DNA of 64,000 nt from Acidimicrobiaceae bacterium (lineage in GTDB: Bacteria > Actinomycetota > Acidimicrobiia > Acidimicrobiales > Ilumatobacteraceae). The position numbers and the translations under genes were made by a program. Below are positions 1 to 9,459 of the stretch, piece after piece (position 1 is the stretch's first letter; every line of letters begins with the position of its first letter). The DNA lies in the NCBI GenBank assembly GCA_016722025.1, contig JADKGZ010000018.1, positions 3,437 to 67,436 of the forward strand, written 5' to 3'. The notes below the pieces were generated by a model that was not told where the DNA came from, searched no databases, and saw nothing but the letters and a program-made list of their open reading frames with translations.

Positions 1-606
1 CTGCGCGAAGTGCTCGCTGAAGCGCTGCGTGTCGATGGTGGCGGAGGTGACGATCAGCTTCAGGTCGGGCCGTTTCGGCAGCAGCTGGGCCAGGTAGCCG
101 AGCAGGAAGTCGATGTTCAGGCTGCGTTCGTGCGCCTCGTCGATGATCAGCGTGTCGTAGCGGCGCAGCATCCGGTCGCGCTGGATCTCGGCCAGCAGGA
201 TGCCGTCGGTCATCACCTTCACCAGGGTCTGCTCGCCGACGGTGTCGGTGAAGCGCACGGTGTAACCGACGGTGGCGCCCAGCTCGGTGCCCAGTTCCTC
301 GGCCACTCGCTCGGCGATGGTGCGTGCAGCCATCCGGCGCGGCTGCGTGTGGCCCACCAGCCCCGCCACGCCGCGGCCCAGGTCGAGGCACAACTTGGGG
401 AGTTGTGTGCTCTTCCCCGAGCCGGTCTCACCGGCGACGATGACCACCTGGTGATCGCGAATGGCGGCCATCAAGTCGTCGCGCCGTGCGGCGAGCGGCA
501 ACGCCGCAGGGCAGGCGAGCGCACCGCTGGCGCGCAACGACTCGACGGTGGCGGCGCGACGTTGAGCGGCTGCTTGGGCGCGGGTGGGGGTGGCGGGTTC
601 GGACAT
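1..606 (-). CDS. hrpA: ATP-dependent helicase HrpA, N-terminal part (CDS runs off the window start)
   Basis: Reverse translation from ATG at 606 gives MSEPATP... with Walker [17 protein letters not shown] box IIDEAHERS and TSATID. Absent from the ORF track because there is no stop in the window. Confidence 0.9.
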   Translation of the reverse strand, partial: MSEPATPTRAQAAAQRRAATVESLRASGALACPAALPLAARRDDLMAAIRDHQVVIVAGETGSGKSTQLPKLCLDLGRGVAGLVGHTQPRRMAARTIAERVAEELGTELGATVGYTVRFTDTVGEQTLVKVMTDGILLAEIQRDRMLRRYDTLIIDEAHERSLNIDFLLGYLAQLLPKRPDLKLIVTSATIDTQRFSEHFAQ

Positions 607-694
607 GGCGGATTCGACCGTTCAGCATGGCACCCGGGTGCCGCGTTGCGCACGGTGATTGGTGGGTGGCCGCTCCGCGTGCGACCATGGCACC

Positions 695-1072
695 GTGAAG
701 GCACGCTGGTCCACTCTCGTCCCCGTCCTGTCCGTCGTTGCGGCCGCGCTTGCCGGTGCGGCGTGTGGAGCGGAACGCGACAGCGACCGGCCGATGACGC
801 AGGGCGAGCAGATCGCGCTCGACAACGGTTGCACGGCCTGCCACGGCACCAACGGCGAAGGCGGGGTGGGGCCGGCATGGAGGGGCCTCTACCAATCCGA
901 GGTGAAGCTCAGCGATGGCTCCACCGTCATCGCCGACGAGGCGTACCTCACTCAGTCGATCAGGGATCCTTCGGCGAAGCAGGTCACCGGCTTCGGAGCG
1001 ATGCCGGCCAACTCGTTGAACGACGCCGAGGTGCAGGCAGTGGTGGACTTCATCAAGTCGTTGGAGAAGTAG
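695..1072 (+). CDS. class I c-type cytochrome, probable lipoprotein
   Basis: Haem motif CTACH. Signal/lipobox-like LAGAAC after GTG 695 (the ORF opens at TTG 659). C-terminal Met ligand region GFGAMPAN. Confidence 0.85.
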   Translation: MKARWSTLVPVLSVVAAALAGAACGAERDSDRPMTQGEQIALDNGCTACHGTNGEGGVGPAWRGLYQSEVKLSDGSTVIADEAYLTQSIRDPSAKQVTGFGAMPANSLNDAEVQAVVDFIKSLEK

Positions 1073-2126
1073 CCGGCGCCCGGCCGGGCGCGGCGATCGC
1101 CAGGGTCAGCGCTGCCAACCCGAGGGCGGTGGTGACGAGCCCGCAGCTGATGGCCGCGGCGGCCGCGAAGCGGTCGAGCCAGCCGGGGGCGTTGGTCGCC
1201 AGGATGGCCTTGGAGAACCCCTCCCGGCGCATCCATGCCCACGCTGCCAGGTTCACGCCGGCCAGCAGCAGCAGCGCATTGCTGGTGAGTGACGAGCGGT
1301 TGCCGCGCCAGTGCAGCGCCACGGCGCCGGCGGCAGCGGCGGCGGCGATGGCCGGGAGCGCGAACCAGCCCACTTGCGGCCCGGTCTCGGTGGGCAGCGT
1401 GCGGTACTGCCAAGCACCCACGAAGGTGGCCAGCAGTGCGACGTCGAGCGTCGGTAGTGCACGCCAGCGCGACAAGGAGCCGAACCGACCGCCGAGGCCT
1501 GCCAGCAGCCCGGCCGCCAAGCCCACGATCGCGCCCAGCCACACCGGCGTTCGCGAGGCGGCCGGCATCCACACCGACTCGACGATGATGGACACTGCGA
1601 CGTCGTCGACCAGCAGCGGAACCTGCTCGCGCAGGACGACGTCGCCGGGGTGCCTGCCGGGTGGCCGCGAGTCGGTCATCCAGTGCACCCGATGGTCGTG
1701 CCACGCGTACCGGCCATCGGTGGCGACCGTGTGCCAGGCGGGTGGGGCATCGTCGACGAAGTCGGCGGGCAGGGCTGCGCCCTGTCGGGCCTTGCTGACG
1801 AAGTAGCTGGCCGACGTTCGGTTCTCCTGCACGGTGCCGTCGGCGAGGAAGCGGATGAACGGCTCGCTGCGATAGCCGAACACCTCCACCGCCGTGCCGC
1901 GATCGACGCGCAGCTCCAGGAACGAGTCGCCGCCGATGATCGATGCGTGCACCTGCGGGGTCGCCGGGTCGATCGCCACGATCCGCGATCGGTAGTCGGT
2001 GGGGCCGGCCGAGTCGGCCGCGGCAGCACCAGTGGGCAGTGCGACGAACAGCGCCAGCGTGACCGACAGCACGCGACCGACTCTGGCGGTGGCCGACAAA
2101 GTCGAGGTGAGGAGGTGTCGCTGCAC
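1053..2126 (-). CDS. hypothetical membrane protein (N-terminal exported domain plus C-terminal multi-TM region)
   Basis: Coherent ORF with a signal-like VLSVTLALFVALPTGAAAA and several hydrophobic helices at the C-terminus. Start chosen at GTG 2126 and is uncertain. Confidence 0.6.
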   Translation of the reverse strand: MQRHLLTSTLSATARVGRVLSVTLALFVALPTGAAAADSAGPTDYRSRIVAIDPATPQVHASIIGGDSFLELRVDRGTAVEVFGYRSEPFIRFLADGTVQENRTSASYFVSKARQGAALPADFVDDAPPAWHTVATDGRYAWHDHRVHWMTDSRPPGRHPGDVVLREQVPLLVDDVAVSIIVESVWMPAASRTPVWLGAIVGLAAGLLAGLGGRFGSLSRWRALPTLDVALLATFVGAWQYRTLPTETGPQVGWFALPAIAAAAAAGAVALHWRGNRSSLTSNALLLLAGVNLAAWAWMRREGFSKAILATNAPGWLDRFAAAAAISCGLVTTALGLAALTLAIAAPGRAPATSPTT

Positions 2127-2190
2127 CTCCTCACTCTTCCTGCTGTGAGACCTGCGTGTCACATCGGCTCGGGCGAGCCGGGCTGCGTGC

Positions 2191-3561
2191 TCAGCTCTCG
2201 GGCACCAGCACGGCGCCGAGCACGTGGATGACACCATTGGTGGCCTGCACGTTCTGCACCAGGATCGGGTTGCCGTCGATGTAGGTGACGCCGTCGACCT
2301 TCGTGACCGTCAGGTCGACGCCGGCCACTGTGGTGATGGTGCCCTCGACCAGCTGATCGGTGGTGAGCTTGCCGGCGATGACGTGGTAGGTGAGCACGGT
2401 GGCCAGCAGTTCCGGGTCGGCCAGCACCGCGTTCAGCGTGGCGGGGTCGAGCGCATCGAACGCATCGTCGACGGGAGCGAACACGGTGAACGGGCCCTCA
2501 CCCTTGAGCGTGTCGATGAGGTCGGCTTGGGTGACCAGGCTGGCCAGAGTGGTGAAGCCGGGCAACGTGGTGGCGACGTCGATGATGTCGCCGAGCGCGG
2601 GCACCAGCACGTTGGACATCACGTGGATCACGCCGTTGGTGGCCTGCACGTTCTGGACCGTGACTGCGTTGCCGTCGATGTAGGTGACTCCGTCGATCTT
2701 GGTGATGGTGAGGTCGTCGCCGGCGACCGTGGTGATGGTGCCTTCCGGCAGCTGATCGAGGTTGTACTTGCCGGCGATCACGTGGTGCGTGAGCACGGTG
2801 GCGAGCAGCGCGTCGTCGCCGGTGACGGTGTCGACGATGGCGGCCGGCAGTGCGGCGAACGCAGGGTCGGCGGGGGCGAACACGGTGAACGGGCCCTCAC
2901 CCTTGAGCGTGTCGATGAGGTCGGCCTGGGTGACCAGTGCGGCGAGGGTTTCGAAGCCGGGGAGGGTGGTGGCGACGTCGATGATGTCGCCGAGGGCCGG
3001 TACCAGCACATCGCCCATCACGTAGACGTAGCCGTTGGTGGCTTCGACGCCGGCGCCGATGGCATTGCCGTCGATGTAGAACATGCCGTCGCTCTCGGTG
3101 ACGGTGAGCGTGGTGCCGGCGGCGCTGGTGAGCTCGCCGGCCGCCATCTGTTCGGGCGTGATGGTGCCGGGCACCACGTGGTGCAGCAGCACGGACTTCA
3201 CCATCTCGGCGTTGTCCTCCACTGCGTGCAACACGTCGAGCGGCAGCTTGCCGAAGGCGGCGTCGGTGGGCGCGAACACGGTGAACGGGCCGCCGCGCAG
3301 GGTTTCCACCAGGCCGGCGTTGACGGCCATGCCCGCCAACTGGGTGAACACGTGACCGGTGAGGGCTGTCGCGACGAGGTCGCCCATGGGTAGCGGTGTC
3401 TCGGTGGTGGCGGTGGTCTCCTGCGTCGCTGCGGCCGAGGAGGTGGTGACGGCATCGTTCTTGTCGTCGGAGCAGGCCGCCGCCGCGAAGGCGAACAGGC
3501 TGAGCAGCGCAACTGCGCGACGGATGGAACGGTGGGGTGGCGACTGACGGTTCACGAACAC
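2191..3561 (-). CDS. fasciclin (FAS1) domain lipoprotein with three tandem FAS1 domains
   Basis: Three copies of the ...GPFTVFAP.D.AF..L... / NG(V/Y).HV...VL.P modules. Lipobox FAAAACS. Start GTG 3561 or 3555. Confidence 0.85.
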   Translation of the reverse strand: MFVNRQSPPHRSIRRAVALLSLFAFAAAACSDDKNDAVTTSSAAATQETTATTETPLPMGDLVATALTGHVFTQLAGMAVNAGLVETLRGGPFTVFAPTDAAFGKLPLDVLHAVEDNAEMVKSVLLHHVVPGTITPEQMAAGELTSAAGTTLTVTESDGMFYIDGNAIGAGVEATNGYVYVMGDVLVPALGDIIDVATTLPGFETLAALVTQADLIDTLKGEGPFTVFAPADPAFAALPAAIVDTVTGDDALLATVLTHHVIAGKYNLDQLPEGTITTVAGDDLTITKIDGVTYIDGNAVTVQNVQATNGVIHVMSNVLVPALGDIIDVATTLPGFTTLASLVTQADLIDTLKGEGPFTVFAPVDDAFDALDPATLNAVLADPELLATVLTYHVIAGKLTTDQLVEGTITTVAGVDLTVTKVDGVTYIDGNPILVQNVQATNGVIHVLGAVLVPES

Positions 3562-3661
3562 GTTGGCGACGCTAGTGACGGCGCCATATGGCGAGCAGGG
3601 GCGCTCGGCCCTGTCGGAGAGGACCAAAGGCCCTACGCGTGACGCGGCCTACATTGGGCGG

Positions 3662-4441
3662 ATGACCGATCTGGAACGCGAGTACTCACCCAGTTCGCGC
3701 GTGGGTGGTAGCTCCGAGCCGTTCGTTGCCGACCATCGGCTCCGCAGCGAGGCCGCTCGAGCACTTCTCGCGGCTCGTCTGACGACCACGAGTGGCGGCA
3801 CCCTGCTGGTCGCCGACGATCCGGCCGCTCCGTTGCTGGTGTTCATCCACGGTGGCTACTGGCAGGCCCTGAGCGCCGCCGACTCGCTGTATCTGGCCCC
3901 CGCCGCACTGGCTGCCGGCTGGTCGTACGCGGCGGTGGAGTACACCATCGCCCCCGCCGGCACGCTGCCGTCGATGGTCGACGAGTGCCGTGCGGCGCTG
4001 GCGACGCTGGCCGGTCTGGTCGCGCCGGCGCAGGTGGTGCTGGCGGGGCACTCCGCCGGGGCGCACCTGGCGGCGATGGTGTCGCTCGTGGGCCCGTCGC
4101 CGGTGCCGATCGCGCGCACCGTGCTCGTCAGCGGCGTCTTCGACCTGCGCCCGCTGGTGCACACCACGGTCAACCTCCCGCTCGGGCTGCACGAGGCGGC
4201 AGCTGCCGCGATCAGCCCTCAGCTGTTGCCGGTCGCGGCGTCACACGAGGTGGTGGTGGCCTGGGGCGACAACGAGACCGACGCTTTCAAGGCGCAGAGC
4301 CGGGCGTACGCCGCCCGCCTCGCGGCCGCAGGAACGCAGGTGTCGTCGGTGGAGTGCGCTGGTCGCCATCATTTCGACATCGTCGAAGATCTGGTCCGCC
4401 CCGGCACGCCGCTCGGGCGACTCGCCCTGGGAGGTTCGTGA
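3662..4441 (+). CDS. alpha/beta hydrolase (arylformamidase/esterase-like)
   Basis: HGGYW oxyanion motif and GHSAG nucleophile elbow. ATG at 3662. Confidence 0.8.
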   Translation: MTDLEREYSPSSRVGGSSEPFVADHRLRSEAARALLAARLTTTSGGTLLVADDPAAPLLVFIHGGYWQALSAADSLYLAPAALAAGWSYAAVEYTIAPAGTLPSMVDECRAALATLAGLVAPAQVVLAGHSAGAHLAAMVSLVGPSPVPIARTVLVSGVFDLRPLVHTTVNLPLGLHEAAAAAISPQLLPVAASHEVVVAWGDNETDAFKAQSRAYAARLAAAGTQVSSVECAGRHHFDIVEDLVRPGTPLGRLALGGS

Positions 4442-5955
4442 TGTCGGTCGTCAGCGCCGAGGTGGTGGTGGTCGGGGCCGGCTCGGCCGGCTGCGTGGTG
4501 GCTGGGCGCCTGGCCGAGCAGGGCCGCGACGTGTTGCTGCTGGAAGCCGGCCCCGACTACGGCCCGGTGGGTTCCGGTCGCTGGCCGGCGGAGCTGTTGA
4601 GTGCCCGCATGCTGGCCACCACGCACGACTGGGGCTACACGTCGGGCCGGTGGGTGTTCGAGCGAGCGAGGGTGATGGGTGGCTGCAGCAGCCACAACGG
4701 CGCCATCGCCGCTGTGGGCCACCGTGCCGACTACGACGGATGGGGTCTGCCGGGCTGGGCCGGCGACGACGTGGCACCCTTGTTCCAGCAGGTGATCGAG
4801 CGCATGCGGGTTCGCGCGTACGAGGCTCACGAGGCCGGGCCGTTCCACGCCCGCTGCCTCGACGCGGCGGCCGATCTCGGCTGGACGATCGCGAGCGACC
4901 TGTGCGACCTCGATGCCGGGGCTTCGTTCGGCCTGGAGACGGTCAACGTGGTCGGCCACACTCGTTGGAACGCCGGGTTCGCCTACCTCGACCACGTGCG
5001 TGGCGGCTCGCTGCGCGTGCTCGACGAGGTGATGGTGGATCGTCTGGTCGCGTGGGACGGCTCGGGGTCCTCGGGCGGCTCGGGGTCCTCCGGCGGCACG
5101 GGGTCGTCCGGCGGCACGGTGCGGCTCGCCGCCGAACGACGTGGCGAACCCATCGTCATCGAGGGCGGCACGGTGGTGCTGGCCGGCGGGGTGTACGGCA
5201 CGCCGTTGCTGCTCGAACGATCGGGCATCGGCGCCCCCGAGGCGCTGCGCGCGGCCGGGGTGCAGGTTCGTGTCGCGCTGCCGGGGGTGGGCGGCAACTT
5301 GCACGACCACTCGATGGTGCACGCCGACCGGCGCGTCGGCCCCGTGTTGCAGCAGTGGCTCGACGAGGCCGCCGCCACCGGCTTCCTGCCCGAGGAGCAG
5401 ACGTTGGGCAAGTTCGTCTCGTCGGTGTCGACGGATGGGTTGTACGACACACATGTGTTCCCGGTGTGTGCCAGCGATCAGACCAGCTTCCTGCATGGTC
5501 GTGTGCATGTCGAAGTGGCGTGCATGACCCCTCGCAGCCGGGGTGCGGTGCACATCAGCTCGGCGGCCCCGCAGGCCCACCCGCACATCGACCACGGCTA
5601 TCTCAACGACACGGCCAACCCCGACGGCAGCAGCCACGACCTGGCCGTGTTGCGCGATGGCCTGGTGCACGCCGAACGCCTGCTCCAGCACCCGCGGCTG
5701 GCGCAGGTGCTGGGCGAGCGGCTCACCGACATGAGCACCGATTCGGCCATCCGCGACACGGTGACGCACTACTACCACCCGGTGGGCACCTGTGCGATGG
5801 GCGATGGCCCGCTGGCCGTGTGCGATGCCGATGGCCGGGTGCACGGCGTCCCCGGGGTGGTCGTGGCCGACGTGTGCCTGATGCCGCAGATCCCGCGCGG
5901 CAACACCAACCTGCCGGCAGTGATGATCGGCGAACGGATCGCGCTCACGCTGTGA
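4441..5955 (+). CDS. GMC family FAD-dependent oxidoreductase
   Basis: N-terminal VVVVGAGSAGCVVAGRLAE dinucleotide fold and C-terminal GMC signature region ...HPVGTCAMG. The start ATG shares its A with the upstream TGA (TGATG). Confidence 0.85.
   Translation: MSVVSAEVVVVGAGSAGCVVAGRLAEQGRDVLLLEAGPDYGPVGSGRWPAELLSARMLATTHDWGYTSGRWVFERARVMGGCSSHNGAIAAVGHRADYDGWGLPGWAGDDVAPLFQQVIERMRVRAYEAHEAGPFHARCLDAAADLGWTIASDLCDLDAGASFGLETVNVVGHTRWNAGFAYLDHVRGGSLRVLDEVMVDRLVAWDGSGSSGGSGSSGGTGSSGGTVRLAAERRGEPIVIEGGTVVLAGGVYGTPLLLERSGIGAPEALRAAGVQVRVALPGVGGNLHDHSMVHADRRVGPVLQQWLDEAAATGFLPEEQTLGKFVSSVSTDGLYDTHVFPVCASDQTSFLHGRVHVEVACMTPRSRGAVHISSAAPQAHPHIDHGYLNDTANPDGSSHDLAVLRDGLVHAERLLQHPRLAQVLGERLTDMSTDSAIRDTVTHYYHPVGTCAMGDGPLAVCDADGRVHGVPGVVVADVCLMPQIPRGNTNLPAVMIGERIALTL
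5059..5121 (+). repeat. in-frame 18-bp tandem repeat (about 3.5 copies) encoding GSGSSG GSGSSG GTGSSG GT inside the GMC oxidoreductase
   Basis: Units at 5059-5076, 5077-5094 and 5095-5112, plus a partial unit to 5121. Confidence 0.9.
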
Positions 5956-5966
5956 GCGCTGCTGCC

Positions 5967-6326
5967 TCAGGCGGTGGGCTCGGGCGAGAACTCGCAGAAC
6001 GCGGCATAGGCCCGCGGGCCGTAGATCGTTCCTGGGCCACCGTTCATCAGCATCGCCACGCCCACTGCTTCGGCAGCTTCCTGGCGGGTCGCCCCGGCCT
6101 TGGCCGCACCTTCCGCGTGGGAGGCGATGCAGCCGTCGCAGTGCTCGACGACGCCGATGGCGAACGCGATCAGCTCCTTCGTCTTCACGTCGAGGGCGCC
6201 GGCGGCGAACGCTGCGTGGTGGAACTCGCCGAATCCCTTGTACACATCGGGGATCGCGTGGCGCAGCTCGCGGTGCAGCGGGCGCAACTCGTCGAGCACT
6301 GCTTTGCCGTAACTGTGATCGGTCAT
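5967..6326 (-). CDS. carboxymuconolactone decarboxylase / AhpD-like family protein
   Basis: 119 aa. CxxC-type motif EHCDGCIASH typical of AhpD/CMD. AGGAGG RBS upstream. Confidence 0.85.
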   Translation of the reverse strand: MTDHSYGKAVLDELRPLHRELRHAIPDVYKGFGEFHHAAFAAGALDVKTKELIAFAIGVVEHCDGCIASHAEGAAKAGATRQEAAEAVGVAMLMNGGPGTIYGPRAYAAFCEFSPEPTA

Positions 6327-6342
6327 GGCTGACCTCCTGCTT

Positions 6343-6379
6343 TCGTGGTTCGGGTCGTTCGGGTCGTTCGGGGTCGTTC
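6343..6379. repeat. 9-bp tandem repeat GGGTCGTTC (3 full copies plus 1 degenerate)
   Basis: Copies at 6352-6360, 6361-6369 and 6371-6379, with a degenerate copy at 6343-6351. Lies between the MMPL stop and the CMD-family gene start. Confidence 0.85.
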
Positions 6380-8563
6380 AGTGCGAGAAGTGCACGTGGG
6401 GCAGGCGCTTGTCGAGCCAGGCGGGGATCCACCAGTTGCGCTCGCCGAGCAGCTTCATCAACGATGGCACCAACATCATGCGCACGACGGTGGCGTCGAG
6501 CAACACGGCGAGCGCCAAGGTGATGCCCAGCTCGGTGGGTGGGATGGGCCCGGTGACGCCGAAGGCGATGAACACCACGATCATGATGAGCGCTGCGTTG
6601 GTGATCGGCCGGCCGGTGCGGGCGATGCCGTCGCGGATCGCCAGTTGGGTGTCGCCGGTGGCCTCGTAGCGCTCGCGGATGGCGGCCAGCAGGAACAGCT
6701 GGTAGTCCATCGACAGGCCGAAGAGCAGGGCGAAGAAGAACAACGGTGCCCACGCATCGACGAAGCCCTGCGGGTGGATGCCGATCAGGCTTGCTCCCCA
6801 CCCGTGCTGGAACACCAGCGTGGCGAAGCCGAAGCTGGCGCCGACGCTGATGAAGTTGAGCAGGATCGACGAGATGGCCAACGCCAGGCTGCGGAACACG
6901 ACCAGCAGCAGCACGAACGCCACCAGCGTGATCACCGCGATGGCGAGCGGCGCTTTGCCGGTGAGCACCTCGGTGAGGTCGTAGTTCTGAGCGGCAGGAC
7001 CACCGACCTCGGCAGTGGGTGCGGCCTCGCCGATCGAGCTGCGCAGGCGGGCGATCAAGTCGGAGGTGGCGGCGTCATCGACCGCAGTGGCCGGAGTGAT
7101 GCGCACGACCGTGCGGCCGGTGGTTTCCGAAGGTTGGGCGACGATGCGCGCATCCACGACGCCGGCGTCGGCCTGTGCCGTGGCAACCACTTGGTCGGCC
7201 TGCGCGGCGTCGACGGTGACGAACAGCGGGCCGGCGGCACCAGGGCCGAATGCCGAGACGACCATCTCGTAGCCGTCGCGGCTGGAGCGGCCCTCGTCGA
7301 CCACGCAGGCGCCGGGCATGCCGAGCCGCATCCCGAGCGCCGGCGCGGCCAGTACCAGCAGCATGCCCAGGCCGATGGCCAGGGTGATCGCGGGGCGCTT
7401 CATCGCCCGAGCAGTCCATCGGGTCCAGCGGCCTTCGGCGGCGCGGTCGGGGTCGTCGGCGGCGCTGGCCACGAGCACCCGGTCACCCAAGGCCACCAGC
7501 ACGGCCGGCAGCAGTGTGAGTGACGCGGCGGCAACGGCCACCACGGAGAAGATCATGCCCAGTGCCATCGACCGGAAGACCATGACCGGCACGACGAACA
7601 CCGCAGCAAGGGACAGGACGACGGCGAGTGCAGAGAGGAACACGGCCTTGCCGGCGGTGTCGAGCGTTGCGGCGATCGCCCTCCGGCGTCCTTGCCGTCC
7701 TCGCGCTCCTCCCGGTAGCGCGAGACGATGAACAGGCTGTAGTCGATGCCGACGGCGAGGCCGATCATCATCGAGAAGTTCATCGACCACACCGACAGCG
7801 GCGTGAACGAAGTGGCCAGGTGGAGGCTGGCGAAGCCGACCGCGATGCCCGACACGGCCAGGATCAACGGCAACCCGGCAGCGATGGCCGAGCCGAATGC
7901 GATGAACAGCAGGATGAGGGTGGGGAGACCCGAGAGCAGTTCAGCCTTGTGCAGTGCCTCCTCGTTCGAGTTGTTGAAGTCGCTCCACACTGGCCACTCG
8001 CCGGTGACCTCGGCGCGGGCACCCGCCGGCAGCTCGAGGTCGGCGACCCGGTCGATGACGAGGCCGGCCGACTCTGGACGCTGCGCGTCGTCGGTTGCGA
8101 GCAGTTCCACCGGGATGAGTGCGGTGAGGCCGTCCTGGGAGATGAGGCCCGCTTCCGGCGGCATGGTCATCGGGTCGGCGACGGCCTGCACGCCCTCCGC
8201 GCCGGTGAGTGCTGCCACCACGGCGGCGACGGCAGACGGGTCGTCGACGATCGGCGTGGCCTGCTGCACGACCACGACGGCCGCCTCGGCGCCCACCTCG
8301 GGGAAGTCGCTGCGCAGCTCGTCGCGCACACGCTGGGCGATCGACCCCTGCGCTTCCCAGCCGGCGCCCGACAGCGAGCTGCTGACGCTGATCGCCAGCG
8401 GTGCCGCGGACAGCGCCACGACCAGCCAGGCGAAGATCAGGGGCTTGCGTCGGCGGGCGGAGAAGCGGCCGAGGCGAGCGAACCAGTGCTCGGCTGCCTG
8501 CCCTTCGAGAGCGCTGTCGCCGTTGGCGTCGTGGTCGGTGGGCGTGTCGAGAGTTGCAGCCAT
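6378..8563 (-). pseudogene. MMPL/RND-superfamily membrane transporter interrupted by a -1 frameshift near 7678-7684
   Basis: ORF 7553-8563 reads ...SLFIVSRYREEREDGKDAG and then turns to nonsense. ORF 6378-7790 resumes with AIAATLDTAGKAVFLSALAVV... in the -1 frame. Together they form one typical two-bundle MMPL protein. Confidence 0.8.
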
Positions 8564-8579
8564 GACGGCATGCTAGCGA

Positions 8580-8595
8580 ATACCCCCGGGGGTAT
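8580..8595. promoter_or_regulatory. perfect 16-bp palindrome ATACCCCCGGGGGTAT (copy 1), candidate operator
   Basis: Read directly from the sequence. It lies 17 nt upstream of the MMPL ATG and 100 nt upstream of the DUF2892 ATG. An identical element is at 12373-12388. Confidence 0.6.
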
Positions 8596-8694
8596 ACAAC
8601 CTGACACGTGCGAGGTGATGTGACGGATCGCGCGAATGGCGCATCTACTCCGGTGGCGGCGCACATGCCGCTCACTTCCCAGAGGAGTCACCTC

Positions 8695-8916
8695 ATGTCC
8701 TTCGCTCGTTTCATGGCAGGTCCGGTTGGTCGCGGCGTTCGAGTCGCGGCCGGCCTGGCGATGATCATTGCCGGCATCGCAATCGGCTCTACCGGCGGAT
8801 GGATCCTTGCCGTCGTTGGCGTGCTGCCGTTGCTGGCCGGGGCGCTCAACGTGTGCGCGCTCGCGCCGATCCTGAAGGCGCCGTTCAGCGGGAAGGCCGC
8901 GTTGAACAGCAAGTAG
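8695..8916 (+). CDS. DUF2892 (YgaP-like) small membrane protein
   Basis: 73 aa with two hydrophobic helices. The ...GRGVRVAAGLAMIIAG...LLAGALNVCALAPIL pattern is typical of DUF2892. GAGGAG RBS upstream. Confidence 0.75.
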   Translation: MSFARFMAGPVGRGVRVAAGLAMIIAGIAIGSTGGWILAVVGVLPLLAGALNVCALAPILKAPFSGKAALNSK

Positions 8917-8930
8917 GGCAGACTTCCCGC

Positions 8931-9458
8931 GTGGATTCGTCGGATCGTCCGCTGACGCCCGCTGAGCGTTCGTGGCTCATCGAGCTGTTCGAGCGCACGG
9001 TCGACGGCGCGCATAACGTTGCGTACCGGCTGGTGTGGAACCATGCCGATGCCCTCGACGTGGTGCAGAGTGCGTTCGTCAGCGCTGCTCGTCACCGTCA
9101 CCAGCTCCGCGATCCGCAACGGGCGCGGAGCTGGTTGCTGGCATTGCCTCATCGCGAAGCACTGATGGTGCTTCGGTCGCGCCGCGACGTGCCCACCGAC
9201 CCGGTGGACCTGCCCGAACCCGTGCTCGTCGAGGTCGACCCGGCGGAGTCCGCGATCCGCAGCGAGCTGGCGCGCCTGCTCGACTGTGCGATTCGCGACC
9301 TGCCCGATCTGTTGCGAGCGGCGTTCGTGTTGCGCGACGTGGAGGAGCTGCCGATGAACGAAGTGGCCCATGTGCTGGAGATCGGCGAGTCGGCGGCGAA
9401 GATGCGAGTCGCCCGTGCTCGTGAGAGCCTGCGCATCACGTTGGCCGGAAGGATCTGA
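8931..9458 (+). CDS. ECF (group IV) sigma-70 family sigma factor
   Basis: Region 2 (DALDVVQSAFV...) and region 4 HTH (ELPMNEVAHVLEIGESAAKMRVARAR). GTG start at 8931. Confidence 0.85.
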   Translation: MDSSDRPLTPAERSWLIELFERTVDGAHNVAYRLVWNHADALDVVQSAFVSAARHRHQLRDPQRARSWLLALPHREALMVLRSRRDVPTDPVDLPEPVLVEVDPAESAIRSELARLLDCAIRDLPDLLRAAFVLRDVEELPMNEVAHVLEIGESAAKMRVARARESLRITLAGRI

Positions 9459-9459
9459 G

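Noticed and set aside
3990-6332. 780-aa plus-strand ORF (and the 810-aa minus-strand ORF 4369-6801) spanning the GMC oxidoreductase region
   Set aside because: Translations are Arg/Pro/Gly/Ala-dominated with no recognisable motifs. They overlap well-supported genes in other frames. These are typical high-GC shadow ORFs.
8560-8600. Palindrome copy 1 as a second GGAAT-N18-GTT ECF promoter
   Set aside because: The flanks read ...TAGCG and CAA... on the plus strand, and GGTTG / CGC on the minus strand. Neither orientation has the GGAAT and GTT elements at the right spacing.
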